A stretch of 64,000 bases of DNA, taken from the NCBI RefSeq assembly GCF_006345805.1, contig NW_021832381.1:1-64000 (forward strand), written 5' to 3'. Origin of the DNA: Octopus sinensis. Taxonomy: Eukaryota. The notes beneath the pieces were generated by a model. It saw only the letters and a list, made by a program, of their open reading frames with translations. It was not told where the DNA came from and made no database searches. The position numbers and the translations under genes are program-made. This document shows positions 13,334 through 24,491 of the stretch, piece after piece. Each line of letters opens with the position of its first letter. The first letter of the stretch is position 1.

Positions 13334-14387
13334 CACTTAAACCCCTCTATAATGTCATCCCCTTATAACGCCACCCCGCTTAGTGCCACGTCATTTTTTG
13401 GTTCTTCTTTGAATTTCTCTTTATAATGCAAAACCCCCTCCACTCAGTTATTTCCATGCCAAACTACGTGCCTTATTTGATATAACGCCATTCAACTCAA
13501 AAATATGGAGACTATCTGTCAAAAGAAGGACTGTTTGTAAAATACTACGATACAGAGAAAAATTAAAAAACTTGGATGATTATAACTTAAAAGCTAAACG
13601 TACTAAATCTGCGAATCATTTGGATTTGGAGGAAGCTCTTTGGATTTTGTTTGTAAACAAAAGGTCTCAAAATATTGTTTTGAATGATGAAGTATTACGG
13701 GAACAAGCAAAAAAATTTGTAAACGATTTAAGATTGGATTCTGGAATAATACATAGTTTTAAGGCACATTACCGAAAACTACAGCTAAAACATATTATCA
13801 ACTAACTTGAAACAAGTAAAAATTGGCATATTGGGTTGGATGGAAAATCATGAGACAGCGTAAAAGAAGAAATAATTAAAAACTGCTGAAGGCAAACCAA
13901 GATTTGTCATGTCAAAACTTATAACACTGAAAATTGGAGAAAAAAATTGCTGATCAAAATCTATTGAATCAACTGATTTCAACAATGAATATTAATGATG
14001 AGATGGATGTCAACGAATATGTTTCGTTGGACAGTAATGCTAAAACATACTGTCATATTGAAGAAGACAAAATATTGTCTACACTTCTAAGAATCAAGAA
14101 CAATGATAAAGAAGACATAAAAGAAGACTATTAAAAAAGATCTTCTAAAAATGAAATGGCTAATGCGTTCAAAGTTATACTGCGCGGGACGAGTTTACTC
14201 ATGGAATGGCGGAAAAAAAGCTCGGGATTGTCTAAAAAATAGTTATAGACAGTCAACGATTATGAATTTTTTAATAAATATTAAATATCTTGTGTTTAAT
14301 TAATTTTAGCGGGGTCGCGTTATAATGCCACCCCGTTTATTGCCATGAATACTTGGTTTTTTGTGGCAATATAAAGAGGTTTAAGTG
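13334..14387 (+). mobile_element. Non-autonomous Tigger/pogo element (internal deletion of the DDD domain)
   Basis: TIRs TA|CACTTAAACCCCTCTATAATG and CAATATAAAGAGGTTTAAGTG|TA with a TA TSD. A CENP-B-type HTH (DLEEALWILFVNKRSQNIVLNDEVLREQAKKF) joins directly to LDSGIIHSFKAHYRK. Confidence 0.85.
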
Positions 14388-14824
14388 TATATACAAATAT
14401 TTTGGTGGCATACAAGCTATCGTTAATTAGTGTATCAGCCTAAAAAGCGTAGCAAATTGACCTTAATGTGAATCGACGTCAAGAATGTATTTGATTCCGT
14501 TGATTATGACATTACAAAAATCTGGACTATAGTTATTAAAAGATGCTTTAAAATAAAATATTAAAATAATATTTTTAATACAACAAAAATTATGACTGCT
14601 ACGGACTTAAAACATATTTTAAATGATGTGAATTGTGTGAAAAGCTTAAAGCAACATAATTTGATAGTTTATAAAATTTAAAATTAATTATTTGTCCTTT
14701 ATTTGATTCTTTTCATGTAAACTATCTTTGTATCTCCATTCGAAAATTCTACATTAACGCGGTTATAAGAAAGATTGATTTGATCGTGACAGTATCACAA
14801 CAAGCACTTTCAAATTTTTTCAAA

Positions 14825-14957
14825 CCCTAACCCCAACCTTTGCCCTAACCTTTACGCTAACCCTAACCCCAACCTTTACCCTAACCTTTACCCTAACCCT
14901 AACCCCAACCTTCCCTAACCTTTACCCTAACCCTAATCTTACCTTAGCCCTAACCCC
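14825..14957. repeat. Interstitial telomere-like (CCCTAA/TTAGGG variant) array with a ~36-bp higher-order unit
   Basis: The hexamer pattern CCCTAA-CCCCAA-CCTTTA-CCCTAA-CCTTTA-CCCTAA occurs about 3.5 times with small variants. Confidence 0.9.
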
Positions 14958-15111
14958 GACAATAAACAGCATGCTTAATTTATTGTTTTTTAATTTTAAT
15001 GGTTAAGCATTGAAAAAATAAAAATCCATAATATTATTAATTTTTAAATTAATAAGTAAATATATTTCAATCGTCTAAATATTTTTAATTGAAATTTTAG
15101 AAATTTAGAGC

Positions 15112-15154
15112 AATGGTAACGCGTGGGGCATGGTAACGCGTGGGGCATGTGACA
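15112..15154. repeat. Solo transposon-like terminus ending ...TGTGACA with a 17-bp direct repeat
   Basis: ATGGTAACGCGTGGGGC occurs twice, then ATGTGACA. No matching left terminus was found. Confidence 0.45.
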
Positions 15155-15450
15155 TATTGTGAACTTTATATCGAAACTTTTGACAAAATAAAGATAAAGC
15201 TTACCTTTCTGAATAGACAATTTGGAAAAGTCAAACTAAAAGAATGAATATTGCAGGGTGATTCTCTCTCGCCCCCAATTTATTTTTCTATTGATGAAAA
15301 TTCCCAAAGGTGACAACGAGGAGCCCTGGAAACGGGAAACAATATACAGCGATACAAATAAAAAACGAAACACTCATTTTCTCGATTTAAGTAACAAACA
15401 ATCTGCTTTTTATTGATAATATTAAGTTTTTCTTTTATGAATCCACACAA
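15155..15450 (+). mobile_element. RT fragment of an RLE-type non-LTR retrotransposon
   Basis: IVNFISKLFDKIKIKL...KVKLKE*ILQGDSLSP is the RT motif B' region. Confidence 0.6.
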
Positions 15451-15460
15451 TGGTCAAGAT

Positions 15461-17624
15461 CAGACGTCACCAAACTACGGCCCGCGGGCCGGATCCGGCC
15501 CGCGACAACATTTTATCCGGCCCGCGCACTATTTCGAGATATTCAATTAATACCTTAATAATTAACTTAAATAAAAACTTTAATTAAAAAATTAAACTAT
15601 TTTGCAAGATTTAATTCGAAAAAAAACTTATCAGCATTAACGTTAAATTTTTCTTTGTTGCTATGTCTAATATGAAAAGAAAGGTTGACCGCGAATGCCG
15701 TGTATTCAATAAATTATGGGAATTGAAGTATTTTTTTGCGAAAGATGAATTAAAGCAGAAAGCTTATTGTTTAATATGCCACGAACATCTCTCTGTTATG
15801 AAGGAGTATAACATTCGACGTCATTATGAAACGAATCATGCTCCGATATATTCCAAGTACACTGGAAAGCTACGTGAGGATAAAGTTGAATCACTGAAAC
15901 GCACTTTACAAATTCAACAAGGCCTTATAAAAAAAAATTTTGAAAATAATGAAAATGTAACAAGAGCTGGATACGAGATAACGAAAATTATTTCACAACA
16001 CGGGAAACCCTTTAGTGATGGGATGTATATCAAAAATTGCATTATTGAAGCAGTTAATTGTTTGTGCCCACTAAATTCTTCCTTATTTGATGGAATAAGT
16101 TTGTCGGCGAGTTCTGTATCACGGAGAACTGAAGAGCTTGGAAAAAATATATATTTACAAATTTGTGAAAAGACAAGTAATATGTTGTGGTATTCTCTTG
16201 CATTGGATGAGTCAGTTGACATTTCGGGAACATCGCAACTTCTTATTTTTATTCGTGGAGTTGATGAGAATATTTCCATAACTGAAGAACTGTTTGTTCT
16301 ATTCATGGAGCAACCACTGGAAAAGATATTTTTGATGAATTGGAACAAACTATAAGTGACTATAACCTTGAATGGGAGAAACTGAGTTGTGTTACGATTG
16401 ACGGGGCAAAGAATATGGCTGGTTCTAAAAAGGTCTAGTTGTGGGCAAATAACTAATAAATTGGAGGAATTACATATTTCAAACACTTTGTTCATTCATT
16501 GCATCCTTCATCAGCACGCACTATGTGCGAAGGCTCTTAATATTTCATGTGTGTTGAATCCAGTTATTCGCATAATAAACTTTGTTCGAGGGAGCTCACT
16601 TAATCACCGTCAGTTTAAAGTTTTACTTGACGATTTTGATCTGAATATTTTGACTTACCATATTACACTGCAGTTAGATGGCTTAGCTGTGGTAATGTAT
16701 TAAATAGATTTTATAAACTCCGAAGTGAGATTGATATTTTTCTAACCAGTAAAAATAACTATTATCCCGAATTATCAGATCTTGCTTGGCTATCAAAATT
16801 ATCATTTTTGGTTGATGTTACAACTCACATGAATGAGCTAAATCTGAAATTACAAGGAAAGGAAAACTTAATTTGTGATTTCTACAGGATAATTAAAGCA
16901 TTTCGACAAAAATTGATGTTATTCGAGTCACAACTTGGAGTACGTCAGTTTTCACACTTTTCTTGTTTTAAAAGTTTTTGTGAGGCAAACTGTAATGAGA
17001 TCGACATTACTTTCCAAATTGGAATTATCAAAGAATTAAAACATCATTTTTTACATAAGTTTTCTGAACTTGACAAAATTGAAAGCGATATAATTTTGTT
17101 CGAAAATCCATTTTCTTGTAATGTTGAAAATGTTCAACATGAATTACAATTAGAAGTTATTGACTTACAATCAAATGAACAGCTCAAAGATTGTCACAGA
17201 CAGACCAAACTCGCTGAGTTCTACGAATATCTCAAGGATGATGAGTTTCCGAGACTAAAGAATTTTGCGATAAAGATGATTTCTATATTTGGCACAACTT
17301 ACCAATGTGAGCAAACGTTTTCGAGGATGAAATATGTTAAGTCTGCCCATCGTGCAAGATTGACTGACGGACACTTAAAATCAATTCTCATGATAGGATG
17401 CAGCAATTAAAACCAAATATTGATGAACTTATCAAAAAAAGATCACAGTTCCATAGCTCTCATTAAAATTTTGTTTACTTTATTTTTGTTTAAATTAGTT
17501 TTTATTGTAAAAAACACACTTATGAATTTCTAGTAAAATTATAATCCTATGCACGTGCTCCGGCCCGCGTTCATTGTGTTGGGGTCAATCCGGCCCGCGA
17601 GTGCAAAAAGTTTGGTGACCCCTG
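15461..17624 (+). mobile_element. hAT transposon, SPIN/GTF2IRD2-like (Buster group), full-length with frameshifted transposase
   Basis: Perfect 8-bp TSD GTCAAGAT (15453-15460 and 17625-17632). TIRs CAGACGTCACCAAACT / CAGGGGTCACCAAACT with GGCCCGCG subterminal repeats. Protein motifs KRKVDRECRVF...CLIC...KEYNIRRHYETNH, SLALDES, HCILHQHALC and FGTTYQCEQTFSRMK, split over several frames. Confidence 0.95.
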
Positions 17625-17829
17625 GTCAAGATGAATCGTTTTATGACGTGACTAGGTTAGAGAGAAACTTCACAAAGTTTTTTATCTTTATTTTTATTCG
17701 AATGAATTGTTTGTATATTAGTTTAAAATTTTCCTCGGTTTGTCCAAAAAAGAATGAGAGGAGCTTATTGATATTGAGACACAAGAATTTGAATACATCA
17801 ACAAAAAGATTCGCTAAATCCTAAAGACA

Positions 17830-18420
17830 ATCAAATAAATTTCCAGGAAACAAAAAAAAAAAGGCAATGTTTACCACGGAATAAATTGGGTCAGGTCACG
17901 AGTCTATAGGCAGTAAAGCAGAACGAATGCTCTTACAGTTAAACCCAATCACTGTTTGAAAAGACCAGAAATCCCATGCTGGAAATTTTGAGTATGGTGA
18001 AAATAAATTTAATCACCCTAATTAGGCAAAAAACAGTAACCACCTCACCTAAGAGTACATACAACAAACAGAACCGACACTGTTGTGGAAAACCACAAAC
18101 CTGATATTTACATGAAGATAGCATGTCGCCGCTGCGCTTTGTGCTCTTTCTTGAACCATTGAGTAGGCTTCTCATTGACAGACACGAACAACTGTCGATA
18201 AATCATAGGGGACATGTGTTTAACACAAACCACTTGTGTTTATCGACGGCATTAAATTGTTCGCTCGGTCCTCAAAGAAACTCTACTCTATGGGAATGCG
18301 AGTGGCAAATAGGATTGGAACTAAATTTCTTAAAGTCGAAGACTAATTCGCAATTGTGTGGCGATCGTTTCAAAGTTCCGAACTCATAAAATGCAATCTG
18401 TGGTAGAGAACGTTAGAGTA
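17830..18420 (+). mobile_element. RT fragment of the RLE-type (R4/NeSL-like) family
   Basis: NKLGSGHESIGSKAE, YLHEDSMSPLRFVLFLEPLSRLL, NH..FIDGIKLFARS and IGLELNFLKS, in broken frames. Confidence 0.65.
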
Positions 18421-18628
18421 TGCATTAAAGTGGATATTACCATTCAAAAAATTAATCAGGGTATTAAAAAGCTAAAAATTATTTTGTATATCTGTTTAAA
18501 ATATCAGTCGTTAAGACTGTTGGAGAAAATGAGTTAAATTTATTTTTTTACTATTAATTTTATAAGTTTAAAATTAATTAATTATTAATATAAGTAATAG
18601 AAAATAATCAATTTCAAAGTTTTTCGCG

Positions 18629-21600
18629 ATGTGTGACGATTTTGATCTTGTGTCATTTATGCTTGGGAATACTGACGAAGGCGAGTCCCAGGAAGATTTA
18701 CTCGACAAAAAAAAATTGGTTGGATTTAATATTGAAATTATATAAAAAGAATGATAGCAAAATAAATTATCTTCTTAAAAATGTTTTTGAAGTTGACTAC
18801 ATTGAAGACGAAAAATCTAATGAAGAATCTTTTGGTACAATTCTTCGTCTAAATTTTCACCAAAAAGATTTTTGTAGAACTTCGATTGATCAAAAAAGCG
18901 TCGACGCAATTGACTTTTTTGACTTTGATGAGGCTTGTGAAGAAGTTCTTCTTTCTGACAAAACAACGTCAAATTCGCTCATTCAACCAAATTTCTCAAA
19001 CGAGTTGTTTTTTGATAATATAAATAGGATTCCGTTTTCTGAAAAAAGGGAGAACTCAGTTAGTGACAAAGTTTACAAAACTCCTCTCGGAATGCTTATG
19101 CCAGAAATTTTAAAGGACATTCCAATCAACCAAATATTTCCAAAATTTACCAGAGACAAACCATTGCGATTTTCAATGTTGAATTCGACAGATTTTTACG
19201 ATTTCGACTATAAAATACCCGAAAATAAAAGTAATTCAATCAAATCTGTATTGGCTTAGAAATCGACATTCGAGCTACTCGTCCGCGTGATCCAAGCACG
19301 TGGGAATGCGTGGAAGATGGTCTCGATTGCTTAAGAAGACACAAACATTCAATATCCTCAAAACAAACTGATGTGACACCAACTCAAAAGGAATCTCAAA
19401 TAACAACTAATAATTCTCGATTTGGTCTTTGCCAAGTGTGGTATGACCTTATGGGAACCAATTCCGACTGTTCAGACCTCACTTATGGTTTCACAGTTAA
19501 TAAAGTATGAGTCTTTGATTATATGAAAGAACGTTTTGTCCCCAACGATTATTGTCGACGGACTGTCTTCGCTGCCATTTACCGAGCATCGATATCTTAT
19601 GGTGACACAAAAGAAATGGGAGGAAAGTATTGTCTGGGATCTGAACCACGCTAAGCCTACTACACAATCGGTTAAAGGAAAGCGATGTTCTGGGTGGACG
19701 GCGCTCCAAATCAGGAGTAATTCTATTCCATCCCATGTGAAACCTGGTTTGGCTGTGTTGTTTTGACTAATAAGCAACGATGGGACATTTGTGTAGCACA
19801 ATGATATTTTTCACGGAGAATTATGAGATGATGTATTCAGATTGGGAGAAAGAAATTATTTGGGATACAAATGTTTTTATTTATACTATTATTTGTCAGA
19901 ACATGAGTAACATTCCTCTTCCGAGATTGCCCATCGTGGATATGAATGACCAGGGCGTTTCACTCAAATTCCTTAACGAAAACAAGGCCGAATCCAAATC
20001 TGAAAAACAAAAAGTGCTTGCTTTTGACATTTTTAGGATAACAAAAAAAATTTGGAAAATTCTGAACATAATGAAAAAGTTGTGAGAAATGCTTGATTCT
20101 TTAGAAAAAAATGAAAGATGGAAAGAAAAATTCAGTAGTCGTGAATGTGTCTACGGACGAGTCTTATAACCCCATGATTACCTCGGATATTACATACAAA
20201 GCTATTTCCGAAGATACAATTTTGGTAAAGTTAAAGATTAAGTGATCTACAGCATTCCACACCGGCAATGATGCTCAAAAAACCATTCTTTGTCACTCAT
20301 TTCACATCTTCTATTCTCAGAACTTTTCATCGGGTCCCCCTCAAAAAATACTTTCACGGGGCACTAGTGAGTCCTGGACCTCATCCAATAATTCCATTGA
20401 CAAAGCGAATCCAGACAAAAATGAAAGTGGAAAAGTATTTCTAATTTGTAGGGGAAGAAAGAGGGAGATAAAGATTCCTTCCTCATGAGAACAATGCAAG
20501 ACCTTTCTGCCACTGATGGAACTATCATCTTGGCGGAGTACAGTGAGGAGTATCCTCTTCTGGTCCCTCAAACAGGAATGGCCTGTCGTATAAAGAACTA
20601 TTACAAACCTGTTTTGAATTTTCGTTATATTTTTATAGAGAACGACTGGGGATACATTTGTGCCGTCTTTTAAGTTTGGAGATTTGGCTTATTCTTACCG
20701 TGCTCCATTTTTGGGGTCACTTTCTCCCGGACAATCTCTCCAAGCATTAGAATCGACAATGTTTAGAGCTCCAATCTACGAACACATCATGCCTAATACA
20801 GATTTTCTGGTTGTTCGACTTCGTTCAGGGTTTATTCTATTTATATATCTCTAGATACTATATACGCGACGTGGCAGGTCTATTCACTATAGGACAACAG
20901 CTCCCTCTCATTGAAGTTCCAAATCCCACTTCAAAGCGTGCGGGCAGTTTTATTAGGGAATTTCTACAGGTTTTGTATTTTTTGCATTAATAGGTGTTTA
21001 TATATCGGCTGTTCTACCAGAGTAATGATCAGCCTCGTCGTTTGAAAATGGAAGAGATTCGGAAAGCATTCCCGAGTTATGCAGAAGGGAGCATCCGCAA
21101 ACGTCTCAAGCCATGTGCTGTGTTTAAGCGGACAGGTCAAATGAAATTAGTATGTTTATAGGAAAGGATTCTAATTGGTGGGTATGCCGACCCGATTTTC
21201 GTCTACCAACTGAAGAGGAGATTCGAACGATGGTTACTCCTGAACGTTGTTGTGCCCAATACTCAATGCTATGTGCTGAACGACGACTCAAAGATGCTGG
21301 GTATGGAGAAAAGTCTCTTTTCTTTATCGACGACGAATTAAACTCCAAAAAGGATGACAAAATGGACGACGAGGTTAAAAATTTCCATAATATTTTAGAT
21401 TAAATCTGCTCCTTGGAATACAACTTCTGTTTTCCTTGATGCAATGCGTGGGAAATGTCTCCTTCAACTTACTGGATTTGCTGATCCTACTGGCTGTGGT
21501 GAAGGCTTTTCCTATGCACGGGTCCCCTTTAAGTTTGCTGGAATTCGAGTATATACCGAATTTCCTCAAACAATGTAGGACGACAATCAGTTGACCAAGA

Positions 21601-24126
21601 AGGGTGTCACAGGGACTGACGCTGATTTGAGAAGGCTCTATTTGAGAGAAGCACGATCCGTTCTAAGCAAATATGGCGTGTCTGAAAAAGAGATTAAAGA
21701 AATGAAAAGATGGAAGATCATTGATCTTGTTAGAACCCTTTCTACTCAGAATGCCAAAGCTGGTGTTGACAGTGACGGTATTATATTAGTCTTACAATTA
21801 GCTTTTTCTAAATTTGCGCGTTGTTCTCGCTTGTCTAAATTGGACAACAACGAACGTTATCAGGCTGAGTGTCAACGTATTTTCGATCTTCAAAATCGGT
21901 TTTTAAAACGTTTAATAATTCCAGAGTTTTGTCATCTGACGAAATTTTGATGACTGATACTGATTCGAGTTCGAATGACGAAGATTCAGAGACTGCAGAA
22001 ATTGACAAGAACTTGAACGCCTTGTTCTCCAAGAAGAACAAAGTAGAAAATTTCTACTGATATCTAATAGAGCATGGCTAAAAAATTAGACGAATTGAAG
22101 CAAAAGAAAGAAGAAAAGGAAACTAAAGAATTAGAAAATATCGTAATGAAGGAACCCAATGTTTCAGGAACTAGATCGTATATCGATCGTTTGCGTGAGC
22201 AACTTGTATTTTGATAAATTATTACGTAATCAGAGCAATGGAAATGTTTTGAAAATAAATCGAACGTACCAAAACGAGGAGGGTGGGGTTTATTCTCACG
22301 TTGAGATTGTCCGTGATCCTAAAGTAGTGGAATATTACGTAAGAATACGAAAGAACAAACAACCTGAGGATATGTAAGCTACAAATTTTCAAAAATAGAG
22401 CTAAATTTGTGGGTTTAGTAGACGAAGAAAGAGACAAGATGCGCAGAGTCCGTCGACGGCTTCAGGAACAGTTGCGCAGAATCAATCGTAATCAGCAAAA
22501 AAACATTGAAAAACAAAATCAGAGTGGCACACACGGCGTACTTGACAAAACCAGAAAGTCAAAAGTTGGGGCAATTAAGGTATTTTTCATTTCAAGTATT
22601 TCTAGACTCGGTGTGGTGCATGTGGAGAAATTGGACATATGAGGACTAACAAGGAGTGCCCCTTCTATAATGGAGAGGACAGTATTCCGGCTACAGTCAA
22701 AAATCGTGTCAACGATCCTCTGCCTATAAAGGAATCGATCAAAGTTGAAGGAACAAAGATAGCAATCCCTAAGTCAATAGTTGATGGACACAAGTTAACA
22801 AACTTAATTAAAAGTTTTTTTAGAAATATGAAAATTAGAAAAGCAAAGACAACAGAGAAACCCCGTGATCAAACCTCTACAACATCAAGTAAACGGGGAA
22901 GTTATACAGACATCCAAGATCTTTTCCAAGTTTAATTTTAATTTGATTGGTAGCCAAATGCCAAGAGGTATCAACGTTGCCACCGAGATCCACTTTTATC
23001 AATGAGTATTATATTTGAAGCAATTGTGAACGACGTTAGGGAATCACACTGCGTATACATTGCTCATATTTTATGTAGTCTATTCCTTTTCGAGCTCCTG
23101 TGTCGTTAAAGGAAGCTCCGAACTATTATCAAGTCATCGACACCCCTATGGACCTGCAGACTATTCGTGAAGTAATTGAATTTATATTATTTAATTTAGA
23201 ATATTCGTGCAAAGAAGTACCAGTCAAGAGAACAATTTATATTGGATATATCACAGATTGTTAAAAATTCAGAGAAATATAACGGTCTGTGACAAGTGTT
23301 CTATTGTAGGCTTTCAACATCCAATCACTTCGGCGGGTCGAACGATGGCTTCCCTCTTTTTCGAGAAGATTGCTAAAGTAAAAAGCTGTCGAGAATTGAT
23401 TTCATTTTAGAAAGAGGCCAAGATAATAAAATTTGAAAAATCCGTAAATCCCCTTCTCGACGAAGACGAGCGTGTGGGGTTCGCATTTATTTTGGAGAAA
23501 TTGGTGGAGGAGATGAAGAGCGTTACTGGGGTTTCTAGCATTGTATTGAGCACTAGTCATACCCATTTCACGTTCCTGTCAACAAGAAGAAAGTGCCGGA
23601 TTACTATGACATAATTTTAAATCCAATGGATTTGTCTACAATTGTTAAAGTCGTGTTCTTGTTTAATTGTTATCAGAAAGCCAAATCTTTCAGCTATCAA
23701 GATTTATCTGATTTTATGAAAGATGTAAAGCAGTTATACACGAATTGTTGCATTTACAACGGAACTGATCATCCTTTAACCAAGATTGCTAGAGATATCA
23801 CATATACTTGCAATTTCGCGATTGCCGCTAAATGGGATCAATTGAAGGCATTTTACTCAAAAACTGACGGTGAGCCGCCGTCGATATGTCTCCCCTCGAC
23901 CGAGGTCAGTCTTTCTGTTGGCACTGATGTATGGCATCGAGATTATAGTTTAGAATCTTATAAATCCTAATCCTGGTTCAATAACGGACGTCCTTACGTC
24001 TTCCCAGCAATCTCCTGTGAGTTCTTTCTTTAATATATCTGATAGATAATAAGCACTGAAGAGAAGAAAGATTCTGATCTGGAAAACGATCTTGAATTGA
24101 GCAGTGCAACTTCTAATTCGGAATGA
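18629..24126 (+). CDS. TAF1: TFIID subunit 1 (TAND, DUF3591, zinc knuckle, two bromodomains), many mini-introns
   Basis: FMLGNTDEG (TAND), [62 protein letters not shown]...[42 protein letters not shown], and two bromodomains ([28 protein letters not shown]). Confidence 0.97.
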
Positions 24127-24491
24127 GATTTATTTTTGATTTACCACATCAATTAATCCGAGGCTTCACAAACTATTATATAAATGTTTTTTGTAATATT
24201 ATTTGTCCTTTTTATTTTAATCATATTTTAAAAATTAGCGGGCATATTCGGTAATTTTTTGTGGTGTTGTCATACATTTATGGCCAACACTAGGACTATT
24301 GTCCTAAACAAAAAGTACAGTTATAAAAGTATTATATAATTTTTTAATTAAAGACAAGATTGATTTCATTCATATAAGTGCTCCACATCTTCGTATCATT
24401 TTCATATTTCCTCTAAACTTTGTTTGTTTCATCGAAATCATTCCTTATGCTACTTTTAATTTGTTCGCTCCTTATTACAATCGACATACTC

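Noticed and set aside
14825-14957. True chromosome end
   Set aside because: The array is short, degenerate and flanked by continuous sequence on both sides.
18633-18760. ORF-track N-terminus MTILILCHL... for TAF1
   Set aside because: Another frame (ATG 18629, FMLGNTDEG) gives the TAND motif and splices into the long exon.
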